Shown: positions 38,816 to 51,899 of the stretch, piece after piece | Numbering within the stretch: position 1 is the stretch's first letter | Layout: every line of letters starts with the position of its first letter | Source: Phoronis australis | Taxonomy: Eukaryota; Animalia; Phoronida | Assembly: GCA_002633005.1 (NCBI GenBank) | Contig: NMRA01000003.1 | Coordinates: 2,388,124 to 2,452,123, forward strand | DNA: 64,000 nt | Direction: 5' to 3' | The notes under the pieces: generated by a model | Databases searched by the model: none | What the model was told of the DNA's origin: nothing | What the model saw: only the letters and a program-made list of their open reading frames with translations | Made by a program: the position numbers and the translations under genes

Positions 38816-39162
38816 GAGGCGCAGTTTACATGTAGCAGATCAGGCATGGAACAGTCAGTTGACTTGGGTGCAAGAATGTGTGCAAACATGACTGACACAC
38901 AGCGAGTTGACACTGCAGCGGCCATTTCTGTCACAGGTTTGAGAGGTAGAGCGAGTTGCACTCGATTAGTTGTTCCAGTGTCAACTTCACATCTAAACAC
39001 AAACAGGGGCAAGACTGAGAGGATCGTCTCTTACTCTTGTGCAAGACCGTATAAATGAGTGATCTGCTGGCATTTCACGTGGTTGTTTATGCGAGCATGG
39101 GCAGACAGTCATCTCGTAAATGACTCCGTGTTGATCCAGTGTGCTTCTAATGTGTAAATGCC
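38816..39162 (+). mobile_element. Diverged copy of the MITE at 39716-40126
   Basis: Shares GACTGACAC...GGTAGAG...GTGTCAA...TCTAAAC...GGGGCAAG...GGATC.TCTC in the same order. Confidence 0.6.
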
Positions 39163-39715
39163 AATAAAGTGGAGCAACTCGCAGTGTGACAATTAATCAC
39201 GGTGTGGCAATTGTTCCTCATGTAAAAATGACTTAAAGGGATATCACTGGGTGCTACTTACTGGGATACTTTTAGGAATGCTTTTCACTGAACGCTGCAC
39301 TTTCTTAAAAGGATGGTAATCCCTGTTTTGGTGATAAAATTATCCAAAATTGTCGCCTGCTATTAAATAACTAGTAGTGCGTGGGAAGCATGAAAGTATT
39401 GTATGGCTAAAGCTGTCATCCCCTGTGTTACAAAATGGACTTCGTGGTTTGAACAGCACAGCCTTTCCCACAGTCATCCATTAACCTACCAAAAGGGGTT
39501 AGGAGTTGTCAAACTTGAAATTTGATGAATGTTCACAGAGCAGTGTTTTTATGTGTTAAAAAGTCCTCGCTAATATAAAAAATTGTTAAAATTTATTTTA
39601 GTTATCCCTAGAACTAACTAATTGTCATGCCTTATTTTGTGTTGAATAACGTATTGCATTCAGATACTAACATAACAACATTGCAGAACAGCTGAACAAA
39701 ATTGTCAATGACCTA

Positions 39716-40126
39716 AGTGCCGTTTACACTTCAAAAGTTGACACGGAACGGAACGAGTTGTTCCAGTGTGTAAACGGGACTGACACGGAGCAAACTGACA
39801 CCGCGGTGACAAATTTTGACACCCGTTTGGTAGGTAGAGTAATTTGCGCTCGGAACATCTTGCTCCGTGTCAATTATATGTCTAAACGCGTAACTGGGGC
39901 AAGGCAGAAAGGATCATCTCTACTGCACTTGTCTAATGACCTACGTACGGGTTCTTTGTCTCTGCAACTCTCGTCATTTGTAAACCTGGGCATGTGCGAT
40001 CCAGTCTCTCCAGCCTACAATTTCCGTCTTGCCACAGTGAGTTGTGTATATAAACGGCGGCTTGACATGGGTCAATTTTCTCCGTGTCAGTTGCGCCGGG
40101 TCAAAAGTTGATGTCTAAACGGGACT
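39716..40126 (+). mobile_element. PIF/Harbinger-like MITE
   Basis: Imperfect TIRs AGTGCCGTTTACAC / GTCTAAACGGGACT; TGACACGG/CCGTGTCA subterminal repeats. Confidence 0.65.
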
Positions 40127-41486
40127 CTAAACAACAGACATTGCATGGTTTAGTCAAAATGAAGTCTAGACTAATGAGTTATCACTACGCGAAGGTTGCA
40201 GACAAAGTCACACATGTTAAAATGCTGGCCTAAAAACTTGAATCAAAGGATAGCAGTAGAAAATACAAAATGGCGCACAGGTCCTTCAAATTGCCCAGTG
40301 TGATTGGTAGACATGTTTTTCTAAATTGATCCCTGTACTTTGGCCAATAGCACAGCCTACCCGAGTCTCCAACCACCTTGTCTTCTATCAGTTTTATGCA
40401 AGCTTAACCCGTATGATAAAACAGCGGTCGTTTAAAGGACACTGTACTGCTCTGCTAATTTTGCCTCATATTCTACGCGGGGCATCAATTATTCATAGTT
40501 CTGGATATGGTAAGGGTGAAAAATTATAAAATTGCTGGCTGGAATACAATTAGTTATGAATCTCTTGGTATTAAGAACACAGATCTATTGCTAAAATTCT
40601 ACGAATCCCTTTTCTGAAATTTGTGTAACCTGTACTTAGATTGATATGTATTAAGTGCAATTAAACAAATGTATTTAAATATTGATTTTATTTTCACACA
40701 TTTCACAATGAAAATTGTCACTCCATGTGATGTGATTGAATGTTTGGCTTTATCAATATATTAGCTGTAGGTGTAGCTAATGAAATTAAATACAAATTGC
40801 ATGTTTATATAGTAACTTCTCACTAATTAAGGATAGAAATTATAACGCTAAAATTACTTGTCCTGTACTTTTCCAAGAATTCAAGCATTGCTGTGAATGT
40901 CTATAATTTTCAAAATGTTGTCTGATGGTATGCTGAACATTACAGTATTAGTTTCGAAGTACTTGTCTTTTATGGGAAAATTCGAAAATAAAACGTTACT
41001 CGTCTCTCATATTGCGTTCATTAATGATTTTTGATTTCTAAACAAAAATACATTTTGAAGTTGCAACACTTCAAGTTGCTTTCCAACTGCACTATTTTTG
41101 CTCAGACTTTTTATGGTCGAGTGTGTGATGTTTTCATGAATTGGTGTGATGGCACCTTTGGAACCTGACATTAGGACATTAGCGACTTCATCCCCGACTA
41201 ACTTGAGTCATAACTTGGGAAACTTTTGATTTGAAGAACTGTGCTCAGGTGGGTACCATGTGGTTTATGCTTTCAGTGTGTGATTATCTCAGTAGTAGCA
41301 ACAGTACTCCTACAGAGTGTTCTAAGAGTTACAATTTCACCATTGCTTTAAGGACTACAAAAAATAGCAAGAAAATTTTTTTATCCAAAATGTGAGTTGC
41401 GTTACATTTTAGTTATGTATGCAGTTGCATTCACATTTGATAAGAAAACACTTTGACTTCATGGATTCTAGGTTGTTATCCAGAGC

Positions 41487-41545
41487 CAGTGGAGGATTTA
41501 AGGGGGGCAGGGGAGGCAAGGGGGTCATGCCCCCCCCCCCCTAAA
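41487..41545. mobile_element. One end of a hAT-like MITE next to the LINE insertion
   Basis: CAGTGGAGGATTTAAGGGGGGCAGGGG...TGCCCCCCCC; partner end not found. Confidence 0.45.
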
Positions 41546-41580
41546 ATTGATTACATTCAAAAGTTGAAAAAAGAATATCA

Positions 41581-42772
41581 TCCAAAAGTTTGGGTATTTT
41601 GTCCCAAAATAACTTTTTTAATACCCATCGTAACTACTTGTGCTTTGGCACAACATTTTATGAGATCTGGTCCAAAAATATTTCAAATTTGTTCTGGAAA
41701 GAGATATTCTCTTACATTAAAGAAGTTTTGAGTAAATTTCCTATAAAAAGAAAAAATATATATGAACCTTTGTGGTACAACTCTAATATTTTGGCAGGTA
41801 AAAGACATTTATACTATAGAAGGTGGTATGAGAAAAATATTGTATTTATTTATGACTTTTTAGACTCTAATGGGACGCTTATGAATTATGAAACTTTCTG
41901 TAATGTACATGATTTTTCTCCACCCTTCACTGAATACCTTGGTCTTAGGAGTATATTACGATCATATGTAAAAGATAGTAAAGGTCACGTCTTTCAAGTT
42001 ACTTTACCTAATTTTCCACAGGTATTCTCTAACACCCTATTTTGCCAAAAGCCAAATAAATTTATCTAGGATACTTTAGTTTATCAGCTATATAGAAAAC
42101 CAAAATTTGAGTTAAAATGGGAGATGGTGTTGAATTTGCAATTATCTGATGAATGGTGGAGAAAAACCTACTGTTGCTCTGTAGACTTCACATCTGATAC
42201 GAAATTAAAATGGTTTCAAATTAGATTGACCCATAGAATTTTAAGTACAAACACTTTTCTCCATAAAATTGGAGTTACTAACTCGCAATATTGTGCACCT
42301 TTTGTAAAAAGGAACCAGAGGACTTAATTCTTCTCTACTGGTCATGTCATGTTGTGTGTTCCTTTTGGTTGGCATTATTTCGATGGATCAACCAAAAAGT
42401 AAATATAACCTTAAATCCTGCCGTCATCGATATCCTTTATGGTAAGCATTCTGAATCAAAAGTAATAAATCTAGCATTGATATTGGGTAAATATCATATA
42501 TATCGTCGTAGGTTAGAAAAACGCTTGCCCTGTATTGAACATCTCAAGGCAGATATATATGAATACTTCAAAATTGAAAATACATTTTTGCCAAAAATTG
42601 TGAACTTTTGGAATTTCATAAGAGATGGTCTCCTATGGTTCTTTTGTTTCGTTGACTGGGGTTACAACTAAGATTTAGGCCCCCGGAGTGAATGAGTGTA
42701 AGAATGTGTATATTCCCTTTAAATTTAGTATATGTCTCACGCTACTTATGGATAAACAAATGTTAAAAAAAA
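41581..42772 (+). mobile_element. 5'-truncated, frameshifted L1/Tx1-clade LINE (ORF2 C-terminus with zf-RVT-like zinc finger)
   Basis: ORF pieces 41590-42069, 42124-42327, 42291-42671 give EPLWYNSNI, WYEKNIVFIYDF, KLKWFQIRLTHRILSTN, CTFCKKEPEDL...WSC..V..FW and KYHIY; A-tail ~42765-42772; flanking direct repeat 41548-41580 / 42776-42808. Confidence 0.9.
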
Positions 42773-43860
42773 GTCTGATCACATTCAAAAGTTGAAAAAA
42801 GAATATCACAATGTCGCTCCAAGTTAGGCATCAAGCTTCCATTCCACATCAGCTTGTGTTCAGTCTACTGGAAATTGAAGGTTTAATATGTTTCAGAATG
42901 TAGTGGCTAAAAGTGAGTTTAAGCTTCATGGAGCACTGCATGAAAAGAGCATGATATGACAAAACATTTAGGTAAATTTCAAAGGTAACCTGTCGGCTGA
43001 GGTATGTAACAGCAGCTGTTACTCCTGTACGTAATAACGTAATAACGGCTGGATCAGTGATCGTTGGTGTGAGCCACACTGTCATAACCAGTGTTTTTAT
43101 TCCTGATAGTTGCAACATTATGGTTTGACCTTTGTTAGGTAATAGGTACAATTTAGTAGTTAATATAATTCAAAATGTACAGCAAAATTAGATAAGGTGG
43201 TGTATAGTACACCTGTTATTGTATACTGGGAAGTCACTTGACTATGCTGACACTTAATTTTGGAAAATTTACGCAACCGTGAGGACTCAGTTTTGAAAAA
43301 TTCATTTGACCTTGAAGGCTCCATTTTGGGTTTTTGATCAGTATTTTATCTAATAATCACTGACCTGGTGTAGCAGCTTCTTGTCTTTGATGTGATAATC
43401 CAGTGATGAACCCTCTGTGTGGAATACTAAGTTATCACGCTTGGTTTAAAGCTATGGGTGTTAGTCCAACGCGATCGGGGCATGTTTTCCTGCCTGTATT
43501 TTTTCATCCCCTACTGTCGAATTGATTATTTATGTTGTTACTGCAGGCCATTGACTTCAACTTCACTCTTATTTTATGACATAGTGGTAATGCATTTGAT
43601 TTACATGCGTTGTAATGGTATAATCGTGAGAATTTGCTAGTTGCAGCAACTTGTCTCATTTGGAAATCCAAACATCTCCATTTACCAACAGCAGGTTAAT
43701 ATTTAAAAAAAAAAATTTAATATTTATCATTTTGGAAGTATTAGGTTTCAATTTATCCATGTATATGCTGGATTCTTTACATTAAAAAATCACTGAATGT
43801 ATGCAAAAACAAGTTCCTGCCATACCGCCTGTGTTCAATCTTTAACATCATCTTCTAGTA

Positions 43861-44080
43861 CAGGGCTCTACACTATTCAAATCGCCGTTCGAATTTTGCG
43901 ACCTAGCCAAAATCCCAGGTCGCATTTTCAAAATCCAGCTCGCATTCATAAATGCCAGGTCGCAAAATTTTCCCGCCATTTTTACGAGTTAAATTTGATT
44001 TTTTTTAGATCACGGAGAAATTTTTTAGATTATGCTCTTACCAGCAGCATTAAATACTCACAAATTGCAGTTCGCAAAAT
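43861..44080. mobile_element. One end of a hAT-like MITE
   Basis: CAGGGCTCTACACTA start with TGCGACC/GGTCGCA subterminal repeats; other end not seen. Confidence 0.45.
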
Positions 44081-44769
44081 TGAGTTCATTCATGCAGGTG
44101 CTCTCTAACTGACACGTGCATTTGAGTAGCTAAGTTTGCGATGCCTGTTGAAAAAGTATCCACGATTTTGCTAGGTCTGACCTGCTACTGGCTGTCATCA
44201 AAGTCGTTAAAGATCCAAACTAACTATGAGTGCAAATTCCCTCTACTTTTTGTTCGCAAACCAAATTTTGTAACTTAACTCGACGTTTGAAAAACATCTG
44301 TCAAAAAACCGAATGACGTATTTGGATGTGCTGGAACAATTCAGTGCAAATTTCACTACAAAAATGTGGCAATTTTATTTTTTATGTTTCCCTCTGAGTT
44401 CCCTGATGGTTTTTCATGAAATTTGGCAATCAAGTTTTTATTATGAAGATGACAGCATCTTTCCTTTTTGTGATGGATGTGACGTATNTTGAGTTCATTC
44501 ATGCAGGTGCTCTCTAACTGACACGTGCATTCGAGTAGCTAAGTTTGCGATGCCTGTTGAAAAAGTATCCACGATTTTGCTAGGTCTGACCTGCTACTGG
44601 CTGTCATCAAAGTCGTTAAAGATCCAAACTAACTCCGAGTGCAAATTCCCTCTACTTTTTGTTCGCAAACCAAATTTTGTAACTTAACTCGACGTTTGAA
44701 AAACATCTGTCAAAAAACCGAATGACGTATTTGGATGTGCTGGAACAATTCAGTGCAAATTTCACTACA

Positions 44770-45413
44770 AAAATGTGGCAATTTTATTTTTTATGTTTCC
44801 CTCTGAGTTCCCTGATGGTTTTTCATGAAATTTGGCAATCAAGTTTTTATTATGAAGATGACAGCATCTTTCCTTTTTGTGATGGATGTGACGTATTCTG
44901 CATGAACTAGTGGCCATTATAAATACTTTTATATCTGTTTTTTGTCGTATGTTTCTGTTTCTGCCAAACTTCACACTGGATCATTATGAAAATTGGCAGA
45001 TGTGTTCCTACTGACAGGAGCATGACTGATGTGGATTTTCAGACAGATCCAAGTACTGTGGTGGATCCTAGTGACATTTTTTCACATCTACAGCTGTATC
45101 TCCATAACCTGTTGCAAGATGTTTTTGAAAGTTTGCAATTGTATTCCTATGATCGCATTTGGCTACCACTGGGGTTTCTAATGGCAATTTGTTTTGTACG
45201 TTTGCCTTAGTTTGTATCTTAGGGGTTTCAGACGGATTTTCATGAAATTTGGCAAATAGCTTTGAGTTATACGACGCATTTTCTTTTTCGAATGGGTTCA
45301 ATGTATTCTGTGCCATCTAATGGCCATTTTTATGATACTACTAAACACCTCTAGTAGTGCAGTGTTTGCGTTGCAGGCGTTTACATATTTCAACGCTCTG
45401 TGTTGTTCTTGTT
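44770..45413 (+). mobile_element. HINE family A, diverged 3' portion
   Basis: TTTTCATGAAATTTGGCAA subunits and terminal CAACGCTCTGTGTTGTTCTTGTTT (45391-45414). Confidence 0.7.
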
Positions 45414-45642
45414 TAATGACGAGGATAAAAACACCAAGGCATATGACCGAAAGTCCTATTAGCACCACCTTGCAATAACTTCGGTGAATTAGTTTCCTGT
45501 CTAATTCCAAATGTGATGGACACACTAACGCTTCACGTTTATCCACACTTAACATCCAAGCTTGGATAGTAGGGGAGTTAACAGGTGGAAAGGGTCTTTA
45601 CACTGCCTTTTGAGCCTATTACCCTTACAGTGGTGATGTCTA

Positions 45643-45820
45643 TATAAAAAATAATTGCAGGCGGTCTGATACACGTTGTACCAGACGTGCGCAGGCCTCG
45701 CATGTGGGCCCATTGCACTGATCACCTGGAAATATTTTTATGCTTTATTAATATATGGTTAAAACCGAGCTGAGGAGCTAGAAACCTGGCTCAAGGGTTT
45801 AGCAGTGTGACCTGGTGGGA
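45643..45820 (-). mobile_element. tRNA-derived SINE, family 1, 5'-truncated copy 3
   Basis: Homologous to 25195-25360; perfect 12-bp TSD TGGTGATGTCTA at 45631-45642 and 45821-45832. Confidence 0.85.
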
Positions 45821-45883
45821 TGGTGATGTCTAATGGAGTGGGTGCTTTATTGGAGGTACTACTTTCTTGACTACAGTGGCTAT

Positions 45884-46062
45884 AATTGACCTATCGCAAG
45901 CTCCACCGCATGGCAAAAAGTCGACCAACAAACAATAATTTTTTACCCGGCATTGTGTTGCTTGTCAGATAAAATGGCGCTTGGAAACAAAGGTGTGTCA
46001 AGAATGCTCCGTTCTGATTGGTCAGTTAAGCTGTCACTCAAAATCCTGGCAATGGGTCAATT
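45884..46062. mobile_element. Short unclassified MITE (179 bp); second partial copy at ~62815-62954
   Basis: TIR AATTGACCTATCGC / GCAATGGGTCAATT; internal GTGTCAAGAATGCT..TTCTGATTGGTCAGTTAAGC shared with the 62.9-kb copy. Confidence 0.7.
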
Positions 46063-46723
46063 AGACCCCTGTGGTAAGTATTCTCCAGTTTAGGACATTC
46101 TCTAAAATTTAGGGCACCAACATTCCAGCAGAAATTGATTCTAAAGACGGGGACATGGGTGATTTTGGGCATTCATTGTATTTCCCAAATTTCGGACTGA
46201 GCATTTTCTATTAGCAGAGTCTGAAAACAGACTTGGCAGTTGATTAATTCGCCAGAAATAGCCTCTAACGCTAATGCAGTGTTTTCGTGTGTTCCCATTG
46301 AGGTGAAAGATGGTTTGCTTACCTGTTTTCGTTAAATGAAGCCACTGCTTTTGGAAAATAGGCACAGTCTTCTGAATGCTAACTAAAGCTGTGCCACCCC
46401 ACGTTCGCTAAAGGGTTCTGTAGGTACACCCTTTCACAATATCGAGTTCACAGTACGTGTCTCAAGGCTAGTTGCCCACGCGAAAGTTATGTCGCCGCTC
46501 TCTAACCGACACATGCATTCTAGTAGCCAAGTATGCAACTTGAAATACAAGAAAATACTTATTAAAAAAAACATGGGACATTTCTTGGAAGGACCTGTTA
46601 TAGGATTGTCATCACAGTAGTTAATGATGCAGTGATAGATAACGCTGAGACAGTGTAAACTACCTCCATTTGTTCCCAGTGTTACAAAATATAAAAAGCC
46701 TATTGAAGCATGTGTAGCCTCTA

Positions 46724-46927
46724 GCAGATCTACATTTTCAGTAAGGGGGGTTTAGGATTTGAGTGAATCTGCGGGGAAGGTCGGGAGGGGGTTTCCCCCT
46801 CCTGTGTAAGATTTTTTTTTAGTAGCTGATTTCGTTTTTCTGGCGAAATTTTTTTCAATTTTTATTTTTGATCCTGTCCCGAGGGGGGGTTTGAACCCCA
46901 TGAACCCCACCTGTAGATCCGCCTCTG
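46724..46927. mobile_element. Degenerate hAT-like MITE
   Basis: GCAGATCTACA ... TGTAGATCCGCCTCTG inverted ends with G/C-run interior. Confidence 0.45.
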
Positions 46928-47651
46928 CTCTAACATTTTACCATATCAATTCCAGAATTTTGGACATGGTTAATTTTACTGTCATTCTAACGATTCTTGA
47001 GTTTGGGATGGCCATCATTATCTATGTATACAATTTGGGACAAGCTCCAGCATTAAAGTAATTGATTTTTCTTTGTTCACAATTGCTGAATTTCTGCCAT
47101 ACGTTGATCTTTCTGTTGGAGTATATTGGGCAATGAAATCTAAAATGGCACTAGGCAGCCCTGATTTTTCGATTTTTGGTAAAAATGTGTAGATTTCTTC
47201 TGCCCTCTCCCACTGCATTATTGATAAAAAATAAACAAATATGCTGGTCTCAGAGTTATTTAGATCCAACACGTGTTGTTTTAACACTATTGCGACCCAG
47301 TATTTAATTTTGTTCAGAGAAAAGCTATTCTTCAGGTTGAACAAAATGTGTTGACAAATACGCAAAGTGTTCTGGTTGTATTATTGACAGATTTCCAATA
47401 ACAATACATCCAAATTATAATATGCTATGTGTATTTACAGATTCCTTTGAGAACTAGTGGTAGGTGTTGATAATGACACCTAAAAGCAGGGCACAAATGA
47501 ACAAAAATAAAATAGGAGGTCACTAGTTAAAGTTCCATTATTATTGAAATATACATATGTAATGTATGTAAATAACCATCTCAGTAGAGGCGATGCATGT
47601 ACATAAAATCTTTAACAAAATCTCTTAAATAATTCAACAACAAACATCAGT

Positions 47652-48397
47652 GCAACAACGTATATCTTTACACTGAGCATGTACAGTATCAACAACGTAT
47701 ATCTTAACACTAAGTGTGCACAGTGTCAACAACATATATCTTTATACTGAGCGTGCGTAGGATCAATAACGTATATCTACACTGATCGTGCACAGTATCA
47801 ACAACGTATATCTTTACACTGAGCGTGCGTAGTAACAACGTATTATATCTACACTGAGTATGCACAGTATCAACAACTTATATCTTTACACTGAGCGTGC
47901 GTAGTATCAATAACGTATATCTACACTGATCGTGCTCAGTATCAGCAATGTTTATCTATACACTGAGCGTGCACAGCATCAACAACATATATCTTTACAC
48001 TGAGCTTGTGCAGTATCAACAATGTATATCTTTACACTAAGTGTGTACAGTATCAACAATGTATATCTTTACACAGAGCGTGCGTAGTATCAACAACGTA
48101 TTATATCTACACTGAGCGTACACAGTATCAACAACATATATATTTACACTGAGCGTGCGCATTATCAACAACGTATATCTTTACACTAAGTGCACAGTAT
48201 CAACAACGTATATCTTTGCACTGAGTGTGCGTTGTATCAGCAACGTATATCTACACTGACCATGCACAGTGTCAACAAATATATTTTTACACTGAGCGCG
48301 TCCAGTATCAACAACATATATCTACACTGAGCGTGCAAAGTATCAACAATGTATATCTTTACACTGAGCGTGCGCAGTATCAACAATGTATATCTTT
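47652..48397. repeat. 35-37-bp minisatellite, about 20 copies
   Basis: Consensus ACACTGAGCGTGCACAGTATCAACAACGTATATCTTT. Confidence 0.95.
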
Positions 48398-49546
48398 GAA
48401 CAAACGGAATATTCAACTGCTCGAACAGTGTCTCGGCAAATACATGTGAATTGTTTCGATTGGATTATTTCGTATGCTTAGTCCAATATCAATATAAAAG
48501 ATATGGAGACAAACGTTGCCACCACGGGACACAACCAAAAATTCACTCATGTCGCCCCATCCATGAACATTTCTATAAAATATCATGAATATATATCCGA
48601 CACTGGCCGGATGAACAGATATAGAAATATGTGGACCTTTTAATTGTGGCCTTGACCTTTACATCATGCTGGTTGTCATACCTTTGAGAATCAGGAATGC
48701 ACCTCAAAACATGTCAGGAATATGAAGTTGTATACTATTTGGCTATTTATTAAATAGAAAATATGTACTTTTACTAGTTGACACAGTCTAGTTTTTTGAG
48801 AAGTTAGAATGTAAGTCATTTAATAATGTTTGAGACAACCTTAAGCCATCTGCTGTTCAATCCCTTGAACTAGAGTGGAAAGGGTAAGGGGATCTGTGAT
48901 GGAGTTTTGATTGGAAGGAACTTGGCGACATAAGTTCCTGTTAATGTTTTAAGTATTTATGGTTACAACTGATAATTGAATGAACTCTTTTCTGGTGGTT
49001 TGACCACCTTGAACACAAGTTGGTCCAACTGATGTTTTTCTCATTTTGATGTTTACCATTAGGGTGATGAAGCCATTCTGCACTTAGTCATCCACCCTGG
49101 ATAATACTGTAATTAAGTGTGAGGCAACAGGATATAAACCTGTGCTGTTTGCCTGCTTTTGTTATAGGAAATTAAACATTTAGCGGTTTGCAGCTCATGC
49201 GAACAATTCTTCAACAGAGCAGTCAAGTCTGAAGTGCAAAGTGAAAAGTAGTGTTAATCAACTACTAACTATCACACATCTTAATAATGGTCTGATTACA
49301 GTCCTTGGGTGGCAGCAACTCAAAACAAATCTGTTGTAATAACTAAAGGAATGACAATATCAAGAAACTTTTTCTTGGATCTCAGCACTGATTCATGTAA
49401 TGTTTACACCAATGTGGTTATAACTTTGAAACCACTAGTGTTAGAAGTGTTGTTATGACCGTGGTGCAGCCTAAAGGGTAAAATAACCACAGTCTGGACT
49501 TTAACCATTAGGTTGTGTTTTGTTATGGTGACAAAGCCATCACTAG

Positions 49547-50759
49547 TTTTTACTTGGCGAAATTTATTTCGCCAAGTATGTTGCTCTGTCACTAAGTTTT
49601 TTTTTTTGTTCGCACGATACAGGTCGCAATTTTCGTCCGATCATCACGAAATTTATACACATAACACGTACTTCCGGAAGTACTGGAAGCCTATTGTTTT
49701 TCGTCAAAATCGGATCCAAGATGACGGCTGTGACGGCCATATTGTTTTCATTTAAAGGTTCAAATGCTTCTGGAGGCTACAATTTTTTACGTAAAAGGCT
49801 AAGAATCGGCACAGTAAATGGACCGGAAGTTTGCTACAAGTATACCGGAAATTGTTTACTTCTGGTTAAAGATGGCGGAAATATCGGCGATCGCGCATGC
49901 ACACCTCGATTTTGGCCTAAAAACGTTTTCTCCTGTAGAGGGCGCATTATGAGACCAATTCCTTCGAATTTTTACAGGTATTAGTTTCTTATGACATGCT
50001 ATTATACAAAGCCAAAAAACCGGAAGTTGCTTTCAAGATGGCGGATCTGGCGCATGTTGACCCATTTTCAGTCATCTGGAGTGCGATTTTAAACGGGAAG
50101 AGAAAAACACGTGATTTTTTCCATGTGGATTCTTTGAAGTATATTCTTTCAAATGGCCTGTAACAATTTTTTTCTCAGACTTACCATTTACGATTTATTT
50201 GACTTTGAATTTCTTAAAAAAATGCATAATTTCATTTTTTTTTGAAAAATTTACGGAATTAGGCGATACCATCAGTTTAGATAGAATTTTGAACGAGCTT
50301 TCAGAAGATGTTTTCCATTTTTCACTAGGACGTCTACTTTTCGAGTTATTTGAGATTTTCTGATAACGCTGTTCCTTTGCTGAGCGCTCATGCTGCATTG
50401 ATGTTGGTTTATCTTCTATTGAACTAGACTGTAGCCTATTTCTTATTGATTTATGACATCTAAGTTCGTCATATGAATGTTGTGATGTTGTTCATCATCG
50501 CCACCACCATCATCATGTTCGTCATCATCGTCATCATCTCCGTCGTTGTCTTTTGCGTTAATTTCGCCAAGTGTCGCTCAAGACTGTAGCCTTTTGTCTT
50601 ACTGATTTCGGACTTCTACGTTCGTCATGTGTATGTTATTATTACTTCTTTTGTTCTTCCTCGCCACCATCGTCGTTATATTCGTCATCTTCGTCATCAT
50701 CTTTATCGTCATCTTCTTGGTTAATTTCGCCAAGTTTCGCTCCTTGGAGCGCTTTCATT
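49547..50759 (+). mobile_element. HINE family B, complete copy
   Basis: T-run then palindrome 49551-49578; 3' sub-TIR ATTTCGCCAAGT (50724-50735), hairpin CGCTCC-TT-GGAGCG (50738-50751), CTTTCATT; extra internal sub-TIR at 50561-50572; (CAT/CGT)n tracts. Confidence 0.8.
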
Positions 50760-50933
50760 ACTGTATGTTATTGTTTAACCTGAGATGAACAAACAGCACA
50801 GTAATTGTAAAACTTAAAACCATTGTGTATTTGAAGTGAATTCAATGTCATTGACTTTCCCCTCAAAACTAAAACTTAAGTTTTAATTGTTATTACATCT
50901 CTCTGTGTGAGCAGTAGCAATTTGTAGTAACCA

Positions 50934-51198
50934 CCGTAAACTCACGGGTTAACGCCCTTGTCCGGGTAATTGCCCATCCCTGACTTTTCGTCAATTTTCA
51001 GTTTAAGCGCCCACTGCTTAAGTTATTGCCCATCCCTTACTTTGTGCAAATTTCCTCTAAGCGCCCACCTTGGGTAATCGCCCACCTGACTTTTGGCCAG
51101 TTGTTCATTTTAAGCGCCCACTGCTTGAGTAATCGCCCACCCCCGTATCTCAGGGTTTCCAATTTAAGCACCCAGGATGTTAACCCACGAGCTTACGG
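50934..51198. mobile_element. Short CCGTA-ended MITE related to 10639-11743
   Basis: TIR CCGTAAACTCACGGGTTAAC / GTTAACCCACGAGCTTACGG then TA; TAAGCGCCCA repeats. Confidence 0.8.
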
Positions 51199-51899
51199 TA
51201 TGTAAAAGTTATCTGTAACCAGGTTCAGTTAGTGTAAACACATCATTGTCTTTGTATACCTCCTTCACCTGAATTTTCTTCTTTTGTAAAATTTGAAAAC
51301 AAAAATGTTAATTAACGTCATAGTCTCGTTTAGTATAGTCGCAGTAGTAGTGGCAACCTTCTGGTCAGTTGAACCACATTGCAACGGTGATATATAAAGT
51401 TCAAATTATTACCTTTAAATTTCTTCTAAAGTCCTCATTTTACCTGATTTATGAAAATCTGCCTTGGTTACTATGAACAACCATTGCAACATGTTCCACT
51501 GTAGTTCATTATAGTGACAAGTGCATTGTTGCATTGTTCAATGATACCAAAAACATAATAACAACACGTACCCAGCCTGAACCTGGCTTATTTGTCTCTA
51601 AATGAGATCAATATTGTTCAACAAATGAAATTTAATTTTAAATATATCTAGGTCTATTCTCGTATGTTTTTGCTGTCTTAATAAATTATCTAGGAAAATG
51701 CTGAAATAATAATTTTAATAATTCTGCTCTGGACAATATAGTCAGAAAGCTTTTGTACTTGAAATGAAACTGCTCTAAGTGAATCATATAATGAACATTA
51801 TACTACATTATCATATAATGAACATTATACCACATTATCAGCCTGACATGGCCAATACAACCGTTAAATAACCCATTTAGTTATTCAACGTGAGTTGAT

